A stretch of DNA of 64,000 nucleotides from Actinomycetota bacterium (GTDB lineage: Bacteria; Actinomycetota; Actinomycetes; S36-B12; UBA5976), in NCBI GenBank assembly GCA_009923495.1, contig RFTJ01000005.1:39321-103320 (forward strand), in the 5' to 3' direction. Each line of letters begins with the position of its first letter. The first letter of the stretch is position 1. Below, in pieces: positions 51,577-62,285 of the stretch. Below the pieces are notes generated by a model that was given only the letters and a program-made list of their open reading frames with translations, did not search any database and had not been told where the DNA came from. A program made the translations under genes and the position numbers.

Positions 51577-51610
51577 GTTCTAACCCTATCGGGCAAGTTG
51601 ACCTAATGAA

Positions 51611-53194
51611 TTAGTTCTGGTGGCCCAAAAGTCCGTACGTGATGGCATCTTCCAGCGCTAGCCACGATGCCGCAATCACATTCTCATGGACTCCTACGGT
51701 ATTCCAACGCTTGGTGCCTTCGGCCGTTTCAATCAAAACCCGGGTGACCGCTCCAGTGCCCTGACCGCCATCCAAGATTCGGACCTTGTAATCAACAAGC
51801 TCAAGTGATGCAAGTTCGGGGAATCGTTGGATTAGCGCAGAACGCAAAGCATTGTCTAGCGCATTCACCGGGCCATTTCCAGATCTAGTTTCACTAATGA
51901 TCTCATCACCAAAGCGCACATTTACTGTGGCATCACTTACGACGGAGCCGTCAGCGAGTTGTTCAGTTACGGCCCGCCAAGAATCGACGGTGAACTTATG
52001 CGTGTCGGTTCCCGTTAACGCACTTTGCAGTAATAGTTCGAATGATGCATCGGCGGCTTCGAATGACCAACCGCGTGCCTCAAGATTTTTTACTTTCTCA
52101 ACAACTTCACTTATGGCCGCTGGATTTGTCGACAAGTCGTAACCAAGTTCACGGCCTTTGAGTTCAATCGATGCCCGACCAGCCATTTCAGTAACCAAAA
52201 CTCGCATGTCATTGCCAACCACTGCAGCGTCAATATGGTTGTAGAGCTCGTGATTCACTTTGAGGGCACTGGCATGAAGTCCAGCTTTATGCGCAAAGGA
52301 AGAAATGCCAACATACGGCTGGTGCGTATCAGGGGTGAGGTTCGCGATTTCAGCAATTGCATGGGAAACCCGGACCATTTCTTTAAGTGCACCTTCGGGT
52401 AGCACCGCGACGCCCAGCTTTAATTCAATATTTGCAACCACCGAGAATAAATCTGCGTTGCCAGTTCGTTCACCATAGCCATTGGCGGTGCACTGTGCAT
52501 GAGTTGCCCCAGCCTCAATTGCGGCGATCGTATTTGCAATTGCGCAGCCTGTGTCATCCTGACAGTGAATACCGAGCCGAGCACCAGTTCGGGCCAAAAC
52601 ATCTTTGACAATTGTGTGAATGCCAGTTGGCAGCATGCCACCATTAGTGTCACAGAGCACTGCCACATCAGCACCTGCATCAATTGCAGCCATTACTGCT
52701 GCCACACCGTAATCGGCATCGTGTTTATAGCCATCAAAGAAGTGTTCAAAGTCAACGAATACCCGTCGACCTAGCGAAGTAAGCAAAGAAACCGTGTCTG
52801 AAATCATGGCCAAGTTTTCTTCGCGAGTAGTCTTTAGCGCCTGCTCAACATGCCAGATGTCACTCTTGGCCACCAATGTGATAACTGGTGCCTGAGAATC
52901 AATTAAGGCTTGAACTTGGGGATCCTCGGTTGCGCTTATTCCAGCTTTTCGCGTTGCACCGAAGGCAACTAGCTTGGCGTGTTTTAGTTCGACCTCACCG
53001 GCAGCCATTCTGGCAAAAAATTCAGTATCTTTAGGCAGCGCACCTGGCCAACCGCCTTCAATGAATCCAACTCCAAATTCATCTAGCAACTTGGCTACTG
53101 CAAGTTTGTCCTCAACCGAGTAGGTAATTCCTTCGCGCTGAGCTCCATCGCGCAAAGTTGTGTCATAAACATGGAAGTCGTCTGATAACGGCAC
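51611..53194 (-). CDS. cimA: Citramalate synthase-type LeuA/CimA family enzyme
   Basis: 527 aa with VYDTTLRDGAQREGITYSVEDKLAVAKLLDEFGVGFIEGGWPGALPKDTEFF. The IEGGWPG…PKD motif and the length resemble the CimA subgroup rather than LeuA. It also has a C-terminal LeuA-dimerisation-type domain. Substrate specificity is inferred. Confidence 0.7.
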   Translation of the reverse strand: MPLSDDFHVYDTTLRDGAQREGITYSVEDKLAVAKLLDEFGVGFIEGGWPGALPKDTEFFARMAAGEVELKHAKLVAFGATRKAGISATEDPQVQALIDSQAPVITLVAKSDIWHVEQALKTTREENLAMISDTVSLLTSLGRRVFVDFEHFFDGYKHDADYGVAAVMAAIDAGADVAVLCDTNGGMLPTGIHTIVKDVLARTGARLGIHCQDDTGCAIANTIAAIEAGATHAQCTANGYGERTGNADLFSVVANIELKLGVAVLPEGALKEMVRVSHAIAEIANLTPDTHQPYVGISSFAHKAGLHASALKVNHELYNHIDAAVVGNDMRVLVTEMAGRASIELKGRELGYDLSTNPAAISEVVEKVKNLEARGWSFEAADASFELLLQSALTGTDTHKFTVDSWRAVTEQLADGSVVSDATVNVRFGDEIISETRSGNGPVNALDNALRSALIQRFPELASLELVDYKVRILDGGQGTGAVTRVLIETAEGTKRWNTVGVHENVIAASWLALEDAITYGLLGHQN

Positions 53195-53195
53195 C

Positions 53196-54386
53196 TTAAA
53201 CCACCCGATGCATCCAGTTATGTTTATCTTCTGCTCTGCCTGTTTGAATATCTACCAAAGCTTGACGAAGTTTCATCGTGATTTCTCCGGGCTCACCATC
53301 GGCGATGGTCCAGGAGCCGCTGTTTTTACTTTGGACCCGGCCTACTGGCGTAATCACAGCAGCTGTTCCGCAGGCAAAGGTTTCAGATATTTCTCCGCTC
53401 GCGCAACCTTCGCGCCACTGCGCCACAGAAATAGCTTCTTCAGAAACTGGAAAGCCTAAATCACTGGCCAAACTCAATAGCGAATCGCGGGTAACTCCTG
53501 GCAATAAAGTTCCAGTCAATTTCGGCGTGGCGATTCTTGCTCCAGCACCAGTTCCATAAATGAAGAACAAGTTCATGCCACCCATTTCTTCAATGTAAGT
53601 GCGCTCGATGGCGTCTAGCCAAACAACCTGATCGCAACCTTGCGTAGCAGCCTCTGCTTGCGCCACCAAACTTGCCGCATAATTGCCAGCACACTTAGCC
53701 TCACCCGTGCCACCTGGCGCGGCCCGAACAAAATCGTCTGAAATCCAGACGGAAACCGGCTTAACGCCTTGTGGGAAATACGCTCCAACGGGCGAGGCTA
53801 GCAAAACATACGTCACATGAGTTGATGGGCGAACGCCGAGTGCATCCTCGGACCCAAATTCAAGCGGGCGCAAATAAAGTGACTTTTCTGGACCTTCTGG
53901 AACCCATTCTTGATCCTGTCGGACTAAAGCTTCAATTGAGCCGAGAAATAAATCTGTTGGCACAGGTGGAAGTGCTAGGCGAAATGCCGAACGCTGAAAT
54001 CTGAGAGCATTGGCCTCTGGGCGAAAGAGGTAAATTCCACCATCTGCATGTCGGTACGCCTTAAGTCCCTCGAAAATTGATTGGCCGTAATGCAACGCGT
54101 TAAGTGCAAATCCACCAACCTGCATTGAACCGGAAACCAATTGAGCTTGCTGCCAACCACCATCGGCGGTCCAAACTGCCCGAACGATATTGTCGGTGAA
54201 GTACTTACCAAAGCCGGGATCTTCGAGAATTTTGGCTCGCTCTTGATCAGAAACTGGATTTGGATTGGGGTTTACCTGAATTTCTGAAACTGCGCTCAGT
54301 CGGTCATTAACTGGGTAAACCTGCGCACCCGAAGCGGCCACAGCAGCAGCCGCGACATCTAAATTGGAGTGAACAGTTTCAGTCAT
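53196..54386 (-). CDS. ilvE: Branched-chain amino acid aminotransferase
   Basis: 396 aa class IV aminotransferase with EDPGFGKYFTDN…LHYGQSIFEGLKAY…GTGEAKCAGNYAASL…LPGVTRDS. The N-terminus may be over-extended. Confidence 0.9.
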   Translation of the reverse strand: MTETVHSNLDVAAAAVAASGAQVYPVNDRLSAVSEIQVNPNPNPVSDQERAKILEDPGFGKYFTDNIVRAVWTADGGWQQAQLVSGSMQVGGFALNALHYGQSIFEGLKAYRHADGGIYLFRPEANALRFQRSAFRLALPPVPTDLFLGSIEALVRQDQEWVPEGPEKSLYLRPLEFGSEDALGVRPSTHVTYVLLASPVGAYFPQGVKPVSVWISDDFVRAAPGGTGEAKCAGNYAASLVAQAEAATQGCDQVVWLDAIERTYIEEMGGMNLFFIYGTGAGARIATPKLTGTLLPGVTRDSLLSLASDLGFPVSEEAISVAQWREGCASGEISETFACGTAAVITPVGRVQSKNSGSWTIADGEPGEITMKLRQALVDIQTGRAEDKHNWMHRVV

Positions 54387-54405
54387 AAGTACACGCTACT
54401 AGTTT

Positions 54406-55449
54406 TTAGGCAGTAACGGCAGTGGCTAATGCGTCACCAATCGCACTAGTAGACCTAACGGAGCTTCGGCTGGCTAGGTCAGCGGCAACTGCAGACTCTA
54501 CTTTCTGAGCCGCGGCAGTCTCGCCGATGTGGTCAAGAAGCATTGCAACACTCAAAACTGTTGCTGTTGGATCTGCTTTACCCTGGCCCGCGATATCTGG
54601 CGCACTGCCATGAACTGGCTCGAACATGCTTGGGTTGGTGCGACTCGGGTCAATGTTGCCACTAGCTGCCAATCCAATTCCGCCGGCAATTGCTGCGCCA
54701 ATGTCGGTAATGATGTCGCCAAATAGATTGTCGGTGACAACAACATCAAATCGCTCGGGCTGAGTAAGGAAGAACATGCTTGCGGCATCAACATGGCAGT
54801 AGTCGGTTTCAACTTCCGGGAATTCGGCAGCAACTTCGTTGAACGTGCGCTGCCACAAATCGCCACCATAAACCAAGACGTTTGTTTTGTGAACCAGTGT
54901 TACTTTGCCACGACGCTTGGTTGCGCGAGCGAAGGCGTCGCGAATTATGCGCTCGGCACCAAATCGAGTGTTGATGCTCACTTCGGTTGCGACTTCCTGT
55001 ACCGTGCCTTTACGTAACGAACCACCGGCACCGACATACGGTCCCTCAGTTCCTTCGCGACAAACAACAAAGTCGATGTCCTTCGGGCCCTTACCAGCAA
55101 GCGGCGATTGCACTCCAGCGAAAAGTTTGACTGGGCGCAGATTCACATGATGATCGAGTAAGAATCGAAGTGGTAGCAAAACTCCGCGCTCAAGCACTCC
55201 TGGTGGAACGGATGGATCGCCAATTGCACCGAGCAAAATGGCGTCATGGCCCTTTAGCTCCGAAACAACAGAATCAGGCAAAGTCTCGCCAGTGGCGTGA
55301 TAACGACGAGCACCTAAGTCATATTCATTGGTGCTAATGCTCAAGTTTGCAAAGGAAGCGACTGCATAAAGGACCTTGAGTCCTTCAGTCACAACCTCGG
55401 TTCCGATGCCGTCGCCTGGAATTACTGCAAGTTTGATGTCTCGTGCCAT
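54406..55449 (-). CDS. leuB: 3-isopropylmalate dehydrogenase
   Basis: 347 aa with [11 protein letters not shown]…LLGAIG…[30 protein letters not shown]. Confidence 0.93.
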   Translation of the reverse strand: MARDIKLAVIPGDGIGTEVVTEGLKVLYAVASFANLSISTNEYDLGARRYHATGETLPDSVVSELKGHDAILLGAIGDPSVPPGVLERGVLLPLRFLLDHHVNLRPVKLFAGVQSPLAGKGPKDIDFVVCREGTEGPYVGAGGSLRKGTVQEVATEVSINTRFGAERIIRDAFARATKRRGKVTLVHKTNVLVYGGDLWQRTFNEVAAEFPEVETDYCHVDAASMFFLTQPERFDVVVTDNLFGDIITDIGAAIAGGIGLAASGNIDPSRTNPSMFEPVHGSAPDIAGQGKADPTATVLSVAMLLDHIGETAAAQKVESAVAADLASRSSVRSTSAIGDALATAVTA

Positions 55450-55545
55450 GCGTTCAAGATTATCGGTCGCGGGCTAGAACTGAAAAACCGCTGATTCTAG
55501 AAATGAATTTTTCGCAAATGCCAGAATGCTGATAGCCTAAAACCA

Positions 55546-55587
55546 ATGTACGTGAGCCTGCTCCTTCGCAGCCGCGACGAGGCCTAA
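55546..55587 (+). CDS. leuA leader peptide (MYVSLLLRSRDEA)
   Basis: The hand-found 13-codon ORF ATG TAC GTG AGC CTG CTC CTT CGC AGC CGC GAC GAG GCC TAA has three consecutive Leu codons. It lies 85 nt upstream of leuA and overlaps the 5' arm of a terminator hairpin. Confidence 0.6.
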   Translation: MYVSLLLRSRDEA

Positions 55588-55620
55588 AAGTCGGTCCACT
55601 CGTCGCGGAGTTTTTGTTGT
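55572..55620 (+). terminator. Transcription attenuator (terminator hairpin) in the leuA leader
   Basis: Perfect 10-bp stem, CCGCGACGAG (55572..55581) with CTCGTCGCGG (55599..55608), followed by AGTTTTTGTTGT. It lies 52 nt upstream of the leuA ATG. Confidence 0.7.
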
Positions 55621-55641
55621 GCCGAGCCTTTGTCCCCATAA

Positions 55642-57420
<1,779 letters not shown>

Positions 57421-57565
57421 TTGGGCCAAGGTTTTGCAAAGAAGAAACGGTGACCAACAAATAATCGGCTCCGGTCTCTACAAACTTTCCAAGTAGGCAC
57501 TTACTGTAAGTCTTTCGTGAGCAAACTGTGATTGATTGGTGAATTCTGGTAAATAACTTCGTCTT

Positions 57566-58753
57566 ATGACACAGAGCCTAGTTAACAGAACCCGCGAAAC
57601 ATCCACACCAAATCTAGGCAAAATTGCCATCCTGAGTACTTATCCACCAACGGAATGTGGGATAGCAACATTTGCTAAATCTTTAGAGTCAGCACTCTTG
57701 GCAAACGGCCAAGCGGTGGACATCGTGCGGCTAACTAATGGTGAATCCAAACCATCGCCTGCAAATGTAGTTGCAGATCACAACGGACAGCAAGACCTTG
57801 CAGCTACCTGTGAATTGCTTAATAGTTATGACCACGTTTTGATTCAGCATGAGTTCGGTATTTTTGCTGGCAACGATGGCGAAGAAGTCACTGACATTAT
57901 TGATGGGCTGTCCGTGCCGGTCTCGGTTGTCTTGCACACAGTTTTAACTGAACCAACTTTGAATCAACGGACAATTCTCAACCATATTGCCAAGAATTCA
58001 GATGCCCTGATCACCATGACCCAAACTGGTAAAGCGAAGTTGATTGCCAACTACGCTGCCAACGTCGCCAATGTGCACGTAATCGGCCATGGCGCTCGAG
58101 CTATTCACAGCAAACTGGTTGAGCAAGCGAACCAAGTCAAGCGACCACGAATTCTCACTTGGGGTTTGATTGGGCCAGGAAAAGGAATCGAGTGGGCAAT
58201 TGATGCGTTAGCCATCCTGACAGATTTAGACCCCAAACCTGAATACATAATTGCTGGCCAAACTCATCCGCACGTTAAACAACGAAGTGGTGAAAGTTAC
58301 CGCCACTGGCTTAGAGATCGCATCGCCCGACAGAACCTAACTGGCAGCGTATTTTTTCTCGACCACTATCTCACAGAACCTGAACTTGATGATTTAATCG
58401 CCACTGCTGATATCGTCTTATTGCCCTACGATTCGGTTGAACAGGTCACCTCTGGCGTGTTGGTCGAGGCAGTCGTTGCTGGAGTGCCCATAGTAGCGAC
58501 AAATTTTCCACATGCGCGCGAAGTGCTTTCAGACAATTCCGGTCTATTAGTAAATCAAAAGGATGCCATCGGTATTGCTTTGGCGATTCGGGCCATTCTG
58601 ACTAGTAAGAATCGGGCCGATGCTATGCGGTCGCGACTTCGCCGGAAATCACCTGGCTTTCTGTGGCCAGAAGTCGGCCGAAGATACCTAGATGTGCTTT
58701 CAGGACTGGCTGATTCATCTGACCTTAAATCCGGACAGAAATTAGTTGGGTAG
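57566..58753 (+). CDS. Glycosyltransferase family 4 (GT-B fold)
   Basis: 395 aa with an N-terminal IAILSTYPPTECGIATFAKSL and the C-terminal GT1/GT4 pattern LLPYDSVEQVTSGVLVEAVVAGVPIVATNFPHAREVL (E-x7-E-like). It has no signal peptide. Confidence 0.8.
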   Translation: MTQSLVNRTRETSTPNLGKIAILSTYPPTECGIATFAKSLESALLANGQAVDIVRLTNGESKPSPANVVADHNGQQDLAATCELLNSYDHVLIQHEFGIFAGNDGEEVTDIIDGLSVPVSVVLHTVLTEPTLNQRTILNHIAKNSDALITMTQTGKAKLIANYAANVANVHVIGHGARAIHSKLVEQANQVKRPRILTWGLIGPGKGIEWAIDALAILTDLDPKPEYIIAGQTHPHVKQRSGESYRHWLRDRIARQNLTGSVFFLDHYLTEPELDDLIATADIVLLPYDSVEQVTSGVLVEAVVAGVPIVATNFPHAREVLSDNSGLLVNQKDAIGIALAIRAILTSKNRADAMRSRLRRKSPGFLWPEVGRRYLDVLSGLADSSDLKSGQKLVG

Positions 58754-58762
58754 ACAAAATTA

Positions 58763-59791
58763 ATGGCTCTTAACTACTCTCATTTGATTTCGCTCACTGA
58801 CACCGTAGGAATATTTGAACATGCAAAATACAACAAAGCTAGATTGGACCACGGTTACTGCGTTGATGATGTTGCTCGAGCATTGCTCTTAATTGAGCGT
58901 AATCAGCCAGATGACTCGATTGTCTTGAATCTGCGGCACATTTACTTTGACTTCCTTCGACAAGCGCAGAGTCCCGATGGCGCATTCATCAATCGTCGCG
59001 ACATCGCTGGCAACTGGAACGGTGAACCAGAAGTTTCGGATCATTGGGGTCGAGCCTTGTGGGCGTTGGGAGCAGCATTCGCCTATGACCAAGACCGGGA
59101 CATTGCCTACGAAGCTTTGCAACGATTCGAGTTAGGCGTTCAAAATCGCAGTGCGCATTTACGAAGTATGCTTTTCGCATCATTAGGCGCTTCAACCATA
59201 CTTGAGATTGATCCTGACAATCAGCCAGCAACGCGATTGCTTCGATCGACTACTGATCGAATAGACGCCCTGAGCCAAAGTGCTACACCACAGGAAAATT
59301 GGCCCTGGCCAGAACCGCGTTTGACATATGCCAATGCGATTTTGCCTGAAGTCTTAATTTTGGCAGGAACTCATTTGGACAATTCGGCTTATTTGACATT
59401 GGGTATTGAGTTGCTCAGCTGGCTGCTCAAAATTGAATCAGCAGCTTCACATTTTTCGGTAACGCCAACAAACGGCTACGGACCAACCGAACAACGAAGT
59501 ACCTTTGATCAGCAGCCTATTGAAATTGCCGCACTAGTTGATGCCTGTAGTTCCGCTTACAAAGTGACTAACGACCCGGTGTGGTTGGCTTATATTGCCC
59601 GAGGTGCAAACTGGTTTTCTGGGTCAAATGATTCAAAAACCATGATGTACGACCCGCTAACTGGCGCTGGCTTTGATGGCCTTACTGCTACTGGGCGTAA
59701 CCATAACCGTGGAGCCGAATCGACAATTGCCTACCTATCCGTGATGGATCAGTACCAACGCCAGTTAATGAGGCAACATGTCTTTAGTTGA
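58763..59791 (+). CDS. Hypothetical cytoplasmic protein, helix-rich (possibly alpha/alpha-toroid-like), middle gene of the GT4/GH130-like operon
   Basis: 342 aa. It starts 9 nt after the GT4 stop and its 3' end overlaps the next gene by 14 nt. Notable motifs are GIFEHAKYNKARLDHGYCVDDVARALLL, HWGRALWALGAAF and GAESTIAYL. I cannot name a family with confidence. Confidence 0.5.
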   Translation: MALNYSHLISLTDTVGIFEHAKYNKARLDHGYCVDDVARALLLIERNQPDDSIVLNLRHIYFDFLRQAQSPDGAFINRRDIAGNWNGEPEVSDHWGRALWALGAAFAYDQDRDIAYEALQRFELGVQNRSAHLRSMLFASLGASTILEIDPDNQPATRLLRSTTDRIDALSQSATPQENWPWPEPRLTYANAILPEVLILAGTHLDNSAYLTLGIELLSWLLKIESAASHFSVTPTNGYGPTEQRSTFDQQPIEIAALVDACSSAYKVTNDPVWLAYIARGANWFSGSNDSKTMMYDPLTGAGFDGLTATGRNHNRGAESTIAYLSVMDQYQRQLMRQHVFS

Positions 59792-61301
59792 GCGTACGAG
59801 TGTATTACTACGACCGAATCCAGCCCGAGTACTGGCACGATTGTTCATTCCGGGTGAAGAGTACTTAATAGCTGGAACTAGCAGAGCTAAAGACGTTGTC
59901 GCCCGGTGTCTGAGCTTGTCAGAATTAGCGGTGCAAGAAACTCTGACTGCAACTTTGGCCAAGTATGGATATCGGCATCGAGATCTAGAGGGGCAACTTT
60001 TAACGCATTACAGCGCTGTTGAAAATTGGGTTGACACCAAAGGCACACCTATTTCTCAAGAGCGCAAATTATTAATTGGCGCTTACTTCACACAAGAATA
60101 TTCATTTGAATCAGCCGCCTATTTCAATCCATCAATTGTTGCGCATCCCGATCAATCAGGTTTAAGTTCGGGCTACCTGCGCATCATCATGAGTGTGAGA
60201 GCAGTTGGCGAAGGTCACATATCTAGTTTGGTATTTCGTAGCGGCATCATCAACCCCATTGGTGAAATCCTGATTGATTCCAGCCCGCATTACGCAACCA
60301 CCCATGCTCTGCGAAATTCAATCTTAAATAACCGAGTGGTTCGGCAAAGCGCGATAGAGAGTGGACTTGATTCAGAACGACTAGATTTAGTATTGGGCTT
60401 GTTGCCTAATCAGTTCACGCCAGCGGATTTAGAAGTCGCCCTAGCCCAAGTAATTCCAGCACAACAGTCTCAATCAACAGTGGATCATGTTCGTTCAGTG
60501 CTTCAGAATATTGTGCAAAACGGTTACGAGCTGACCTTTGATAAGCGCACGCCTATAAGCGAGCAAGTGCTTTGGCCAACTTCGCCTGATGAGCGTAGAG
60601 GAATTGAGGATGCCAGGTGGGTAAAATTTACCAACCCGGACTTCACCACTAAGTACCTTGCCACTTATACGGCTTACGATGGTCAATCTGTTTCTACTCG
60701 AGTGTTTGAAACTGAGGACTTTCAAAAATATTCTTCAACAAACCTCACGGGTAAGGCCATCACAAATAAGGGTGTTGCGCTGTTTCCGCGAACAATAAGT
60801 GGCAAATATCTGGCACTATCCAGATGGGATCGAGAATCAAATTCAATCGCTTATTCAGAGGATGGATACCACTGGCAAGATGCGACCACAATTCAGGTGG
60901 CAACTCAGCCATGGGAGATCGTGCACATCGGAAATTGTGGGTCACCATTAGAAACTGACCTAGGTTGGATAGTAATAACACATGGCACTGGCCCGATGCG
61001 CGAATACTGCCTTGGTGCGATTCTGCTCGATCTTGAGGATCCTACGAAAATAATCGGTCGTTTGTCTCGCCCATTACTATCGGCAAACGCAGAAGAGCGA
61101 AATGGTTATGTGCCAAATGTAATCTACTCATGCGGCGGACTAATCCATAATGAAACCTTGTTCTTACCCTATGGATTTAGTGACACCGGTACCAGAATTG
61201 CCACGGTGAAAGTCAATGAACTTCTTGACACATTGCTTAACAACGGTCCAGAAAATGTAGATGTCGACTTGTCAACTGACTCAATGATTCACACACATTA
61301 A
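59778..61301 (+). CDS. GH130-like (DUF377/beta-mannoside phosphorylase-like) protein with a ~200-aa N-terminal extension
   Basis: 507 aa. The C-terminal half, KGVALFPRTISGKYLALSRWDRESNSIAYSEDGYHW…IGNCGSPLETDLGWIVITHGTGPMREYCLGAILLDLEDPTKIIGR…GYVPNVIYSCGGLIHNETLFLPYGFSDTGTRIATV, matches the five-bladed propeller pattern of GH130 as I recall it. I do not recognise the N-terminal domain. Confidence 0.65.
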   Translation: MSLVERTSVLLRPNPARVLARLFIPGEEYLIAGTSRAKDVVARCLSLSELAVQETLTATLAKYGYRHRDLEGQLLTHYSAVENWVDTKGTPISQERKLLIGAYFTQEYSFESAAYFNPSIVAHPDQSGLSSGYLRIIMSVRAVGEGHISSLVFRSGIINPIGEILIDSSPHYATTHALRNSILNNRVVRQSAIESGLDSERLDLVLGLLPNQFTPADLEVALAQVIPAQQSQSTVDHVRSVLQNIVQNGYELTFDKRTPISEQVLWPTSPDERRGIEDARWVKFTNPDFTTKYLATYTAYDGQSVSTRVFETEDFQKYSSTNLTGKAITNKGVALFPRTISGKYLALSRWDRESNSIAYSEDGYHWQDATTIQVATQPWEIVHIGNCGSPLETDLGWIVITHGTGPMREYCLGAILLDLEDPTKIIGRLSRPLLSANAEERNGYVPNVIYSCGGLIHNETLFLPYGFSDTGTRIATVKVNELLDTLLNNGPENVDVDLSTDSMIHTH

Positions 61302-61328
61302 TTTCTAAACTCGAATTGCGATTGCTGG

Positions 61329-62042
61329 CTAGCTAGCAATCACTAATTCCTGAGCCAGTTCGTCGGCTTCCATTCCCAGTTTGTAGCCAAATCCTCGGAC
61401 GGCAACTGCAATTGTCGGACCTCCGTGTTCGCGAATCTTGCTGCGCAATCGGGAAAGGTGCGATTCAAGTACATGGCCACCACAATGCCAGCCATCCCAG
61501 ACCCGTACCATCAACTCATCGCGCGAATGAACGCGTTTGGGTTTTTCCATCAGCACCGTTAATAGATCAAATTCAATTCTGGTTAGCGACACTTCTTGTC
61601 CATAGATGGCAGCCGTACGCTCTTCCAGATCAAGCAGAATTGGTCCCACTCGTAACTGGGAAACTGGCAATACTTCCTCGAGATTTCGGCGCAACAGTGA
61701 CTTCACCCGAGCAACCAAAACTCGGGGAAAAAATGGCTTGGCCATGTATTCGTCTGCCCCAGCTGCAAATCCAGTTAGCTGATCAATTTCATCAACCCTT
61801 GAGGATAGAAACAAGATGAGCACATTGCGAACACTCTTCAAGCGCCGGCACAATTCATAGCCATCCATGTCCGTATTACGGGCACTAATAATGACCAAAG
61901 CAGGCTGATGATTATGAAAGGTCTGAATCGCTTCTCGACCAGATTCAACCGCAATGGTGCTAAACCCTTCGGCTTGCAAAGTTGAAGCAACTAATGAACT
62001 TAGTTCCTTATCGTCATTAACAATGAGTATCTGGGGAAGCAC
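61329..62042 (-). CDS. OmpR/PhoB-family response regulator with a non-canonical receiver (phospho-acceptor Asp replaced by Ser); no adjacent histidine kinase
   Basis: 237 aa. The receiver has ILIVNDDKE (acidic pair), LVIISARNTDMDG (aligning to the canonical LVLLDLMLPGMDG), LFLSS, and MAKPF (Lys conserved). The winged-helix output has LTRIEFDLLTVLM…RVW…SHLSRLRSKI…IAVAVRGFGYKL. Confidence 0.85.
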   Translation of the reverse strand: MLPQILIVNDDKELSSLVASTLQAEGFSTIAVESGREAIQTFHNHQPALVIISARNTDMDGYELCRRLKSVRNVLILFLSSRVDEIDQLTGFAAGADEYMAKPFFPRVLVARVKSLLRRNLEEVLPVSQLRVGPILLDLEERTAAIYGQEVSLTRIEFDLLTVLMEKPKRVHSRDELMVRVWDGWHCGGHVLESHLSRLRSKIREHGGPTIAVAVRGFGYKLGMEADELAQELVIAS

Positions 62043-62285
62043 TGCACTGCCTTTCTCTTTTTATTTTGACTTCATCCGAATTGAAAACCTCGGCTTTAAA
62101 TATTCACCTTAGGAATAAGTTGCGGTCGTGTTGCAGAAAACTCACAGAAACAGGAGTTAGCACTATGGCTAGCGTCCTGACAGAAATCTCAAGCAAATTG
62201 TGAGCAAAACTTCAGCACCTTGCCAGACAGCACTGGTGTTATGAAAACTAATCGCAATTCTGCGAACTAAAAGGAGAAAATCAGT

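Noticed and set aside
61301-61345. A palindrome, GATTGCT-ggctagct-AGCAATC, at the convergent junction of the GH130-like gene and the response regulator.
   Set aside because: It is only a 7-bp stem with no T-run on either side, and it overlaps the response regulator stop codon. It is too weak to call a terminator.
61329-62042. The possibility that the orphan OmpR-type regulator is the nitrogen regulator GlnR, which would match the candidate GlnR box at amtB.
   Set aside because: As I recall, GlnR orthologues retain the receiver Asp and have a different N-terminal sequence. This protein has Ser at that position and is paired with the TasA-like operon, so I did not equate the two.
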